From assembly GCA_964422025.1 (NCBI GenBank), contig CAYQYZ010000007.1:458-64457 (forward strand): a stretch of 64,000 nt of DNA, written 5' to 3'. Below, one piece after another: positions 52,113 to 61,249 of this stretch. The notes below the pieces were generated by a model. It searched no databases and was not told the origin of the DNA. It saw only the letters and a program-made list of their open reading frames with translations. The position numbers and the translations under genes were made by a program. The DNA is from an uncultured Gammaproteobacteria bacterium. Lineage in GTDB: Bacteria; Patescibacteriota; Microgenomatia; UBA1406; HO2-37-13b. Each line of letters starts with the position of its first letter. Within the stretch, counting starts at the first letter, position 1.

Positions 52113-52970
52113 ATGGATTCCGATTTGCACAAAATGCGACGATATATGCTTCATCACCGAATTGCTACGTATGCGATCGTACTTTTTTTAATGCTCATGA
52201 CATTTATTCTTATTAGTATTTCTCGACAAATTCAGAATGAGCAAGCGCTCGTACTCGACTCCCAAGCCGCCAGTGCGCGTCCAAATGGGCTAGCGCAAGG
52301 AACATGTCCGGCAAATGGTATTCCCTTTCGAATGACATATAATGGCGCATCGTCATGTTATTTTGGCCAGTATCGATCCGTTTCGGTTCGATGTACTGAT
52401 GGTGCTCGCGCGCAAATAATTAACTCTTCTACTACAGGATCGTTTAGCGTATGTGCGGATAAAACTGCTCTTGAAGCTGCTGCAAAAGCTCGTTGTGGAT
52501 GCACGGGGGGTGGGCAAGGAGGTCCAGGCAATCCAGCACCAACAGGTGGGACGGGAACAACTCCTGGTCAACCTGCTCCAACATTCCCAAGTGGGGGAGT
52601 TGATCCATTGCCATCAAGTGGCCCAACTACATCTGTAATTAAAGTACCCAGTGCTACTCCAGCAATTAATATTATCACGGGTGCTCCTGGCGAATTGGTT
52701 CCTGCTGTACCGATGTGTCCTCGAGGAGTTAAGATGGTCTCGGGCCAATCAGAATGTGGAACTAATACCCCGGCAACATTTGCATCTGCTTCATATGCTT
52801 GTGTATATAGATATAAAGGTACTATTTCTGGGAAAGGTACGTGTAGAACAATGACGTATTTCCAAGCCCAAGCAGAACTGTTGTGTAAAAATGATGCGCG
52901 ATGTGCGTCTCTACCATACCCTACTTACAAGGCGCCGACTTCTATTCCCACAGGTCCTCCTACTGAATAA
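52113..52970 (+). CDS. secreted/membrane-anchored protein with two 6-Cys modules and Gly/Pro/Thr linker
   Basis: N-terminal TM helix. Two modules have similar Cys spacing (CP.G...C...C...C...C..C). Confidence 0.55.
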   Translation: MDSDLHKMRRYMLHHRIATYAIVLFLMLMTFILISISRQIQNEQALVLDSQAASARPNGLAQGTCPANGIPFRMTYNGASSCYFGQYRSVSVRCTDGARAQIINSSTTGSFSVCADKTALEAAAKARCGCTGGGQGGPGNPAPTGGTGTTPGQPAPTFPSGGVDPLPSSGPTTSVIKVPSATPAINIITGAPGELVPAVPMCPRGVKMVSGQSECGTNTPATFASASYACVYRYKGTISGKGTCRTMTYFQAQAELLCKNDARCASLPYPTYKAPTSIPTGPPTE

Positions 52971-52976
52971 ACCCCC

Positions 52977-53005
52977 TTGATAGTGAACGATCGTTCTTTT
53001 ATACT
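52977..53005 (+). promoter_or_regulatory. promoter CCCCCTTGATA-N17-TATACT, 6 nt before ATG 53012
   Basis: Read directly from the sequence. Confidence 0.55.
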
Positions 53006-53011
53006 GTGTGC

Positions 53012-54232
53012 ATGATGCGTCAATTTATTCTGCATGTCGATGGGGACTCTTTTTTTGCAAGTTGTGCACAGGCAGTGTATCCGCATTTAAAAGGAAAACC
53101 AGTTGTTACGGGTAGCGAGCGAGGAGTAGTAACTGCCGCATCTTTGGAAGCCAAAAAACTGGGAATTTCGAGGCAAACGTCGATGTATGAGATAAAGAGA
53201 TATTTCCCACAGTGCGTTATTGTGAGTTCGAATTATGAAATGTATGAACTTTTTTCTCAGAAAATGTATACGATTCTGAAAAAATATTCTCCGGATGTAG
53301 AACAATATTCAATTGATGAAGATTTTGCGTGTTTGAATAGTGTGGCCCCGTCAGAGTACGCGGCGACACAGATTGCACAGCAAATAAAAAACGATATTGA
53401 ATCGGCACTTGATATAACCGTTTCGGTTGGATTGTCGGTGAATAAAAGTTTGGCAAAATTGGCTTCAGATTTTAATAAGCCGAGTGGATTTACGGTGGTG
53501 CCATTTGAAAATATTGAGAGTTTTTTAAAGGAGATCGCTGTGGAAGATATTTGGGGAATTGGGCGGGCGACTACAAAGTTATTACAAAATTATCGAATTA
53601 AAACAGCGTATGATTTCTATAGTAAACCGGAAAAGTTTATACAGGCGGTTTTGACAAAACCAGGAATTGAGATTTGGAAAGAATTGCATGGGGAGTATAT
53701 TTTTAAGTTGGATTCTGCGCCTAAAACATTATTTCAATCGATTTCTAAAACGCGAACGTTTAGTCCGCCTTCAAGCGATAAGAATTTTATTTTTAGTCAA
53801 CTGATTACAAATTTAGAACGGGCGTGTCATAAAGCGCGCCTGTACGGATTGTATACAAATCGGTTTAGCATTTTTTTAAAGGGTCAAGATTTTTCATATG
53901 TATATGGGGAAGTTGAATTGATGGGAAGGACTGCGAGTCCCACGGTGGTGTTAAAAAAAGTACGACCAGTTTTTGAAAAGCTTTTCGTGAACGGGAAAGA
54001 ATATCGGGCAACGGGTGCCATTCTCTTGAACCTTGTACCGTATGGTGATGAGCAGGAATCGATATTAGAGAATCATGTAAAAAAAGAAAAATCGCGGGCG
54101 ATTTTTGAAAGTATCGATATTCTCTCAAAACGCTACGGGGAACGAGTGGTGAAAACGGGAGCAACGATGTTTATGAAAAAGATAGTTCATACGAAAAGAA
54201 TTAATTTGCCGCGGTTTGAAGCGAGAGTGTGA
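53012..54232 (+). CDS. dinB: Y-family DNA polymerase (DinB/Pol IV-like)
   Basis: ILHVDGDSFFASC (the DxD catalytic region), YSIDEDF, and a little-finger C-terminus. Confidence 0.85.
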   Translation: MMRQFILHVDGDSFFASCAQAVYPHLKGKPVVTGSERGVVTAASLEAKKLGISRQTSMYEIKRYFPQCVIVSSNYEMYELFSQKMYTILKKYSPDVEQYSIDEDFACLNSVAPSEYAATQIAQQIKNDIESALDITVSVGLSVNKSLAKLASDFNKPSGFTVVPFENIESFLKEIAVEDIWGIGRATTKLLQNYRIKTAYDFYSKPEKFIQAVLTKPGIEIWKELHGEYIFKLDSAPKTLFQSISKTRTFSPPSSDKNFIFSQLITNLERACHKARLYGLYTNRFSIFLKGQDFSYVYGEVELMGRTASPTVVLKKVRPVFEKLFVNGKEYRATGAILLNLVPYGDEQESILENHVKKEKSRAIFESIDILSKRYGERVVKTGATMFMKKIVHTKRINLPRFEARV

Positions 54233-54245
54233 CTTTTGCTTTATG

Positions 54246-54332
54246 CTCCGCTCGATATGCTGATTCTCAAGTCGGGTTGCACAGACGTTTGCAGGTGCAA
54301 ACGACTCTCGAATCACATATCTCGCGTCGTAT
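54246..54332 (+). repeat. 87-nt hairpin element, conserved ends CTCCGCTCGATAT / ATATCTCGCGTCGTAT (copy B)
   Basis: The core forms GATTC/GAATC, AGTCG/CGACT and TTGCAC/GTGCAA stems. Confidence 0.75.
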
Positions 54333-54380
54333 ATATCGAAATAATTCTGCGCAAACTTCTTCTCGAATAATAATCACTCG

Positions 54381-54986
54381 CTACTTATATTTCTGCAGAA
54401 TCTTAAAATCATTCAATAAATCCACTTTTTTACTCGCTCCATATAAAGCAACTGCCGGGTGAAATAAGGGAATTATTTTTACCGTTCCCCAACTCGATTT
54501 TGCTTCAAAAATTTGCCCATGCAGCTTACTAATAGGACCCGTCTCAGAGGCGAGTCCAAACTTATCCATAATATATTTCATCGAAAATCTGCCAAGTGTT
54601 GCAATAACTGCGGGTTGAATAATATTGATTTGCCGATCTAAAAATGGGGCATACAGTTCAATCTCTTGCGGGGTTGGATCGCGATTTTCAGGGGGACGGT
54701 CTTTAACAATATTACTGACATATACATCTTCACGTTTTAAGTTTATAGAGCGAAGAAGTTCGTCGAGGATTCTTCCCGATGCGCCGCAAAATGGTTTTGC
54801 GGTAAGTGCTTCATTTTTGCCCGGGGCTTCTCCGATAAAAATAATTTTTGCATAGTGACTTCCTTCGCCAACAACGGGGTGATAATTGTTTTCTGTTCGG
54901 TGCTCATAGAGCGGAGATTTTTTGAAATTAACAAGCTCATCATGAATTTGTTTGAGGGCGATAAGGCGAGCGTCGGAGATGCTCAT
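54381..54986 (-). CDS. uracil-DNA glycosylase, family 4
   Basis: GEAPGKNE motif A and FHPAVALY motif B. Confidence 0.85.
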   Translation of the reverse strand: MSISDARLIALKQIHDELVNFKKSPLYEHRTENNYHPVVGEGSHYAKIIFIGEAPGKNEALTAKPFCGASGRILDELLRSINLKREDVYVSNIVKDRPPENRDPTPQEIELYAPFLDRQINIIQPAVIATLGRFSMKYIMDKFGLASETGPISKLHGQIFEAKSSWGTVKIIPLFHPAVALYGASKKVDLLNDFKILQKYK

Positions 54987-55321
54987 TTTACAAACTGTTC
55001 AAGAAGCATGTTGACGACGGAAAGAACAAAGCTAAATGCAAGCGCCCACCAGAAGCTGTCAACAGTGAAGTTGTTTACGATTGAGCCAACGAGGAGGATA
55101 AGGAGGGCATTGAGAATGAATGTAAACAATCCAAGCGACATTACGTTAATAGGAAGTGTGAGAATGAGTAAAAGTGGCTTTAAGAGGGTGTTAATGAGCC
55201 CTAATACGATCGCTACTAACACGGCGGTTTGTAAGTCGGGAATATGGACACCGGTAGAAAGAAGCCATCCAGCAATGTATACGGAAAGTGAATTTACGAA
55301 TAGTGAAATAAGCATTCCCAT
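54983..55321 (-). CDS. phage holin family (4-TM, PF04020-like) membrane protein
   Basis: 112 aa with 4 TM helices, similar to the widespread YvlD-type family. 4-nt overlap with the UDG gene. Confidence 0.6.
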   Translation of the reverse strand: MGMLISLFVNSLSVYIAGWLLSTGVHIPDLQTAVLVAIVLGLINTLLKPLLLILTLPINVMSLGLFTFILNALLILLVGSIVNNFTVDSFWWALAFSFVLSVVNMLLEQFVK

Positions 55322-55359
55322 ACCACCATTATTGAATAATAAACAGGGAATGTCAAGGA

Positions 55360-56622
55360 TTATACAAATGTCAGCGCAATGCCTTTTTTGTTTGCACGAC
55401 CGGTTCGGCCGATTCGGTGAATATAATCTTCGTAGCTTTCAGGGGCATCGAAGTTAATCACGTGAGTAATATCGTCAATATCCAATCCACGCGATGCTAT
55501 GTCGGTGGCAATTAAAATATCAATTCGATTATCTTTGAACGCATCAAGCGCTTTTTGACGTTGAAATTGGCTTTTGTTTCCATGCAATGCATCGACTTTA
55601 AATCCGCGTACATGTAATTCATTTGAAAGTTTTTCAATTCCCCATTTGGTTCGACCAAAAATGAGTGTTTTTTTAACTTCATCGGTAATCAATAAATCGT
55701 GCAATACTTCAAGTTTATTTTTTCCATTAAGTCGCACAATATCTTGATCGACATTGTTAGTTGTTTTATTTGAATTAATTGAAACGGTTATTGGATCTTT
55801 CAAGAACGAACTCATAATGTCTTTTACATTACTTGGAAGCGTGGCTGAAAAGAACAATGAGTGACGCTCTTGCGGGAGTTTTGTAATAATTTCACGAATG
55901 GCATTTACAAATCCCATATCAAGCATTCGATCAACTTCGTCAAGAACAATGCTATTATATTTTGCAAAATTAATTGCATGTCGCATTTCCAAATCCTTAA
56001 GACGTCCTGGGGTTGCAATTACAAAATGTGGATTTCGTCGCATGTTTCGAATTTGATTCGAAATACTTACTCCTCCAATACATAATGCAGAAAACATTCC
56101 CATTCCTCTTGAAAATTCTCGGAATTCATCGTCGATTTGAACAGCTAACTCTCTAGTAGGTGCAATAATTAACACGCTATCATTTTTGTTTGTTACCAAT
56201 TTATTGATAAGTGGCAATAAAAATGCGGCAGTTTTTCCGGTTCCGGTGTTTGCGATGCCAACAACATCTTTACCCTCTAAAAGCAACGGAATTGTTTGAT
56301 CTTGAATTGGTGTAGGAGTTACGTATCCTCGTCGTGCAATATTTTCTTTTAATTTTGCATCAAAAGCAAAATCGGCAAATGTGTGTGTTGCAACATATGC
56401 TTCTTCGGTGCTTTCAACAGCGCGTTTTACAAAAAGTTGTGGATCGAGTACTTTAACTCTGCGACCGCCACCACCGCCGCGACCTCCGCTAAAGCGTGGT
56501 GCTGAGCCAGAGCGATCTCCTCCTCGAAAGCCTCCGGTACTAGGTCGAGAAGACCCGTAACGGGAACTACTGCGAGGTGCATTTCCGAAACTTCCTTGTG
56601 ATCGATTGTTATTTTGGTACAT
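55360..56622 (-). CDS. DEAD-box ATP-dependent RNA helicase with N-terminal RGG-rich extension
   Basis: Q motif (FADF...PTPIQ), AxTGTGKT, DEVD, SAT and HRIGRTGR motifs. The first ~65 aa are Arg/Gly/Ser-rich. Confidence 0.9.
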   Translation of the reverse strand: MYQNNNRSQGSFGNAPRSSSRYGSSRPSTGGFRGGDRSGSAPRFSGGRGGGGGRRVKVLDPQLFVKRAVESTEEAYVATHTFADFAFDAKLKENIARRGYVTPTPIQDQTIPLLLEGKDVVGIANTGTGKTAAFLLPLINKLVTNKNDSVLIIAPTRELAVQIDDEFREFSRGMGMFSALCIGGVSISNQIRNMRRNPHFVIATPGRLKDLEMRHAINFAKYNSIVLDEVDRMLDMGFVNAIREIITKLPQERHSLFFSATLPSNVKDIMSSFLKDPITVSINSNKTTNNVDQDIVRLNGKNKLEVLHDLLITDEVKKTLIFGRTKWGIEKLSNELHVRGFKVDALHGNKSQFQRQKALDAFKDNRIDILIATDIASRGLDIDDITHVINFDAPESYEDYIHRIGRTGRANKKGIALTFV

Positions 56623-56866
56623 ATTAATTTAGTCAATAAAGTTCAATAAAATAGAACTGCCTAAAAATGAAAAAAAACTGGGTTTTGCTTATGGGGAAAA
56701 GACACGAATATTAAAAAGTATGCGGGGTATCTTTATCTAACCATTTCAAAACTAATTTTACTATCACTTCGTCGTCTCCAGCTAATCTTTTTAATGGCTA
56801 ACGACTTCGAGAAAAAACATCTTAAGCAGATTTATTTCATTGAAATATTTCTACTTGACTAGAGAT

Positions 56867-56907
56867 AGTATAACACATGATATTCGTTGTGTCAAGTCCT
56901 ATAGGAC
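56867..56907 (-). promoter_or_regulatory. promoter TTGACA-N17-TATACT preceded by 12-bp palindrome GTCCTATAGGAC; ~238-nt 5' UTR to helicase ATG
   Basis: Hexamers lie at 56890..56895 and 56867..56872 (minus strand). The palindrome is at 56896..56907. Confidence 0.55.
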
Positions 56908-56912
56908 AATAT

Positions 56913-57296
56913 CTACTTTTTCCACAGTGCATATTTACATGAAAAAAGATCTTTAAAGCCTTGTAGCAATAAATTCTTCACTTTCATATCTTCGTACGCG
57001 GTGTAAATAATGACCATGGAACTAACGGAAATTGTGCATAAAATAACATATAAATATGATTCTAATTTTACTCCGGTTGGTAATGCTGGTAGCGTTGTGG
57101 TACTTCCATAGGTCCAAGCTTGAAGATATAATCCAAACGGTTCACTAAATGACACAATTACTACAGCACTTACAACCGTTAAGAATATAGAAACAATTTC
57201 TCGCTTTAATATATGATAAAAAAATAACCATTCGATCAGAATAAATGGAAGTGCCAAAATAAGTGTCGAATATAAGTATGAAAATTTGCCAAACAT
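56913..57296 (-). CDS. lycopene cyclase domain-containing membrane protein (CrtYd-like half)
   Basis: 127 aa with 3-4 TM helices. Paired with the upstream 100-aa gene. The family call is tentative. Confidence 0.45.
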   Translation of the reverse strand: MFGKFSYLYSTLILALPFILIEWLFFYHILKREIVSIFLTVVSAVVIVSFSEPFGLYLQAWTYGSTTTLPALPTGVKLESYLYVILCTISVSSMVIIYTAYEDMKVKNLLLQGFKDLFSCKYALWKK

Positions 57297-57299
57297 ACG

Positions 57300-57602
57300 T
57301 TACTTTCTTGATTTTTCTCTAATAACTAATAGGATGCTTGTGGCAAGTAGTGGTGTAAGAATCGTAAAAATCCACTCTTCAAGCGGTAAATGCCAAAAAA
57401 TGATACCCAGGTTTTTGTTAACAGGGAAAGACCACATACCCGTTTTCACTGCATATATATCCCATGGCACATGAACCAAAAGTGCAAATACAATAATATA
57501 CCCAATTGTTTTTCGATATTTCCATAGCACATCGAAATATTTGAGCGTTATAGCGATGATAGGAATTCCTGCAGAAACAAAAAGCCAAATTGTATAATCC
57601 AT
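57300..57602 (-). CDS. lycopene cyclase domain-containing membrane protein (CrtYc-like half)
   Basis: 100 aa with 3 TM helices and HLPLEEWIFTIL, which resembles the PxE(E/D) motif of heterodimeric cyclases. Confidence 0.5.
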   Translation of the reverse strand: MDYTIWLFVSAGIPIIAITLKYFDVLWKYRKTIGYIIVFALLVHVPWDIYAVKTGMWSFPVNKNLGIIFWHLPLEEWIFTILTPLLATSILLVIREKSRK

Positions 57603-57690
57603 TGTAAGAATAATATCAAAAGATTAATCACTTATAAAGACTGAGAATATACTTGCATTACCTGTCAATATCTGCTACTTTTTAGGTAGT

Positions 57691-60312
57691 ATGAATTACC
57701 CTGTGACGAATTTTTTTAAACGGCATGCGCTTTTAGTAATAGTACTATTCTCGCTTGTGGCTTTTGCCGCATTTTTTGCCCTCATTCGACTCCAGGGCAG
57801 CCTTGATCCACGATCGCAAGCGGCAATTACAAATCCAGGCGGAACTTTAGAGATGAAAAAAGCGCCACCTGTTGCTCAGGCTTCTGAACGTATGTTTGGG
57901 AATCTGGAAAGTTATGAACAGTATAAAGCAGGGCAGACACAGCCAGCAACTGCTCAAGTGAATATTTTTAGCGATACACAAACGGGTGGAGGTACCGATG
58001 ATGATTCTGGCGATGTGGGCTTTATTTCAAGCCTTGCAGTGCCAATGACAATTCTGACAACAAAAATAATCTGTCCGCTTGAATCTAAAGCTGCCGATTG
58101 CCAATATTTTGGCGGTGATGGTATCCAAAAAGCTATCAACGATTCTCCTGCAGGATCATCCACGAAAGCGACGCAACTATTATTGAAGGCAGGCTATTAT
58201 TTTCGAGATATTCCAGAACAATTTGAAGTGTTCGATGAAAATCGAAAACAGCAGTTAGAGTCTGCGAACTTTTTGGTTGGAGGTATAGATGGAAAAGATA
58301 AAAAGTCGATAATATTTTCTCCTTTCGAGAATAATAATGGAGTTACTCTATATGGGTCATTAATGGACCCGGCAAATGGACTGGTAGTTACAGGTGGAAG
58401 AGTTGATGTGCGGGACTTAAGTGTTTCGTCGTTTAGCAAATCTACATGCGATGACAGACGAAATTGCAAAGGAGGGGCAGGCGTAATGGTTTTAAATAAT
58501 GCAAAGTTGCATGTTGAGAATGTGCGACTAGAAGGTAATAGGGTTGGAATTAGTATTTTTGACAACGCTGTGGGATATATTAATAATGCAAAGTTTAAAT
58601 TTAATAATCTGACAAGCATGGAATTTGCTGGTAACTCACGCGTTGAAATTTCTAACGTCACTGTAGAAGGTGGGAAAAATGGAATCTTTTTTGGCGACTC
58701 TACAGTCGCTGCGATTACTCATACTTCTTTTAAGCGGCTACAGGTGAAAGCCGCTCAACTTTTACAGCGGTCGAATGTAGTAATGTATAAAATCTCAATC
58801 GAAGATACTGGTGAAGGAATAGTTACATATGAAGATTCAAAAGCAACTATTACAGATGTTACCCTCAAGAAAGTGCAAGACAATATTGCGGCAATCGATA
58901 AATCTCAAATTACCATTACTGGATTAACTATTGACGGCGGTAATTCGGGAGTTTCGTCGCATGTCGAATCAATGATAACTGTTGCAAGAGGTGACTTAAA
59001 GAATATATCGAATAATAATGTCGGAATCTATGATAAGTCACACATGAGTGTTTCCAGATTAGTAACAAGTGGTGGAATTGCGGGGGTGGCTCTTGATACT
59101 AATGCTTCTGCTAAAGTGTCAAATAGTACGTTCTACGGAAACACGGAAGTGGGTATAAATTTGGGATGTCACGGGAGTGTTGGTCGTCAATCTGTTGATC
59201 TGGTGAATAACATTGTTTTTGGAACAAAAAAACAATTTAACGCGTGCGGGTCAGGAAGTGCATATAACTTTGGTGGAAAAGCTGCAAAACAAACAATCGA
59301 TGTAAAAGATTTCCGTGCAAATTGGGCATTCAATAGTTCATCCAACGATTTTGGTGGATTTGAAAAGTTTACACAGTGGCTTGCATCGGATAAATTAAAT
59401 CGTGTTGCGGACCCACAGTTCATGAATGCTGCGATTGGTGATTTTCATTTAAAACCTGGTTCACCCGCATTAACTGCTGGAATTGACGGAAAAGAAGTGG
59501 GGGCATTTGGGCAAGGCGATGGTCCGGTCGAACCGCTTAAACAAAAAACGGTGATTACGTTAGTTTCCCAAGATGGATCGACTGCTTATTCTCGAGAATG
59601 CGAAGGGCAACGGGGAATTGTTGATACAGGCGCTTGCGGCCAATGGGTAACGTATGATTTAAGTGCTATTCGGGTAGGTGTACCGGCAGGACAGACGTAT
59701 TCAGGAATTTCTAGCATTGTTTACAAAGAAGGCGACAGTACAAAAGTATTGCTTCAATCTCTTCTTGATAAAAGTTCTTCAAAAGCATGGTACCGACGAT
59801 GTCGATTTAAGGCGCGAGAAGATGTGCACTATCGAAATTGTTCGGATTGGTCGGAAGTCGATACGGGAACTATTGAAGGTATTACAAAGAAAACAATTGG
59901 AATTGAAGGGTATATTGAGGCAACGGGGCACGCAAATTATTATGTGCAATCATTATTATCGGATGATGGGATAACTGCGTTCAGTCGAACATGCGAACTG
60001 ACGAATCGTGAGATTTTATTTAGGGACTGTTTAAGATATAAGAAAGTTAATCTTTCAGGAATAAGATTGGCTGAAGATTCAGTGCTTACATTTACAGATC
60101 TAGATTCATGGTATTCATCAACGCATTACAATCAGTCGATATTATTGAGCGATGGAATGCATTACATGTTTAGAAGCTGTACGTTTGGCGGATCTGGAGT
60201 AAATTTCCGTCAATGTAGTCCGTTTACCAAGTATTCTATTAGTGACCACGACAATAATTGGAATAAGGAATGGCGAGTAGCAGGAATTGATTCTTTTACA
60301 TACGAATATTAA
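57691..60312 (+). CDS. large secreted protein with parallel beta-helix repeats
   Basis: N-terminal TM/signal segment. Repeated ~22-aa N/G/V-rich turns (VENVRLEGNRVGISIFDNAVGYINNAKF...) resemble pectate-lyase-like folds. The C-terminal ~270 aa are Cys/Trp-rich. Confidence 0.6.
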   Translation: MNYPVTNFFKRHALLVIVLFSLVAFAAFFALIRLQGSLDPRSQAAITNPGGTLEMKKAPPVAQASERMFGNLESYEQYKAGQTQPATAQVNIFSDTQTGGGTDDDSGDVGFISSLAVPMTILTTKIICPLESKAADCQYFGGDGIQKAINDSPAGSSTKATQLLLKAGYYFRDIPEQFEVFDENRKQQLESANFLVGGIDGKDKKSIIFSPFENNNGVTLYGSLMDPANGLVVTGGRVDVRDLSVSSFSKSTCDDRRNCKGGAGVMVLNNAKLHVENVRLEGNRVGISIFDNAVGYINNAKFKFNNLTSMEFAGNSRVEISNVTVEGGKNGIFFGDSTVAAITHTSFKRLQVKAAQLLQRSNVVMYKISIEDTGEGIVTYEDSKATITDVTLKKVQDNIAAIDKSQITITGLTIDGGNSGVSSHVESMITVARGDLKNISNNNVGIYDKSHMSVSRLVTSGGIAGVALDTNASAKVSNSTFYGNTEVGINLGCHGSVGRQSVDLVNNIVFGTKKQFNACGSGSAYNFGGKAAKQTIDVKDFRANWAFNSSSNDFGGFEKFTQWLASDKLNRVADPQFMNAAIGDFHLKPGSPALTAGIDGKEVGAFGQGDGPVEPLKQKTVITLVSQDGSTAYSRECEGQRGIVDTGACGQWVTYDLSAIRVGVPAGQTYSGISSIVYKEGDSTKVLLQSLLDKSSSKAWYRRCRFKAREDVHYRNCSDWSEVDTGTIEGITKKTIGIEGYIEATGHANYYVQSLLSDDGITAFSRTCELTNREILFRDCLRYKKVNLSGIRLAEDSVLTFTDLDSWYSSTHYNQSILLSDGMHYMFRSCTFGGSGVNFRQCSPFTKYSISDHDNNWNKEWRVAGIDSFTYEY

Positions 60313-60449
60313 AGTTAGTGTATAGAAAACTTTCATATTGATGCTCATTGTAATTGCCGGGGTCGTTGCCAATCGCGATGGACGAGGAAGTGAAAATGAA
60401 GGTGATGATAAGATAATAAAGATTAAACTAAATGCATTATAATAGACTC

Positions 60450-60791
60450 ATGAAATATGTTGATGCGAAACTCACTCTTGATGAGATACTGCAAATAAGA
60501 AAAGACTTTGGAGATTATGTGAAAGTCACCGTCGACATACTTAATAATAGACTCATTGTGGGCTGTGAACTCCATGCAGATGGCGAAGCAATTCTCCTTG
60601 AAAAAGGAGGGAAACAAGACGATATTTGGGGAGGTGGGGTAGATTTCACCAATAATTCTATAAAAACATTTGCGATGCTTAATATACGACCTCGGTTAGA
60701 TAACGATAGTATGGAAATACTCGACAGTAAAATAAAAGCTGAGTTTAATAAGGTGGTTAAAGATCTTTTTGAAAATCTATGGACAATATAA
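60450..60791 (+). CDS. hypothetical protein (DUF5674-like)
   Basis: TATAAT lies 6 nt upstream of ATG 60450. The family call is from memory and has low certainty. Confidence 0.45.
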   Translation: MKYVDAKLTLDEILQIRKDFGDYVKVTVDILNNRLIVGCELHADGEAILLEKGGKQDDIWGGGVDFTNNSIKTFAMLNIRPRLDNDSMEILDSKIKAEFNKVVKDLFENLWTI

Positions 60792-61018
60792 AATACAGTC
60801 ATTATGCCGACGGAATTGGGTATTTATATAGAGCTGCTTTTGAGATGGCCAAAGGTCGTAAAGAACAGGCGCTGTCATTTATTCAGATAGCAGAAGGAAA
60901 GACTCAAAAAAAGTTTGATTTACCATGGGATAGAAAGGATATTGTTGTAGCGGAAAAAATTCTCGATAAATATACCGAGTTAATGAGCGAATTCATGAGG
61001 TCTGTTTCTCCTCGATAA
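60779..61018 (+). CDS. hypothetical protein
   Basis: 79-aa ORF overlapping the upstream gene by 13 nt. Confidence 0.4.
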   Translation: MDNIKYSHYADGIGYLYRAAFEMAKGRKEQALSFIQIAEGKTQKKFDLPWDRKDIVVAEKILDKYTELMSEFMRSVSPR

Positions 61019-61235
61019 GTTCAAACCGGGGAACTTTTTTCCCATTTATTACTACTTCTTCCAAAAACATTTTTAGCGGTCGAACCCATATTTTACTGCG
61101 AGGATTTTCATAGAGACATTCGTATACAGCTAAATCCTCAAGTGTTTCTGAATGTTTTGCGAGTGCTATAACCCTATACAAATTCCCCGATTTTGAATGT
61201 TTATAGGTGCCGCCAATAACCAGTTTTTTATGCAT
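60993..61235 (-). CDS. DUF1653 domain-containing protein
   Basis: YKHSKSGNLYRVIALAKHSETLEDLAVYECLY motif. Confidence 0.65.
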   Translation of the reverse strand: MHKKLVIGGTYKHSKSGNLYRVIALAKHSETLEDLAVYECLYENPRSKIWVRPLKMFLEEVVINGKKVPRFELIEEKQTS

Positions 61236-61249
61236 AGATATATGTTCTA

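Noticed and set aside
52353-52854. Four overlapping ORFs in different frames (52353..52571-, 52444..52626-, 52453..52638+, 52651..52854+) that might hint at overlapping genes.
   Set aside because: The region encodes a Gly/Pro/Thr/Ala-rich linker of the 285-aa protein. The GC-rich, stop-poor composition explains the spurious open frames.
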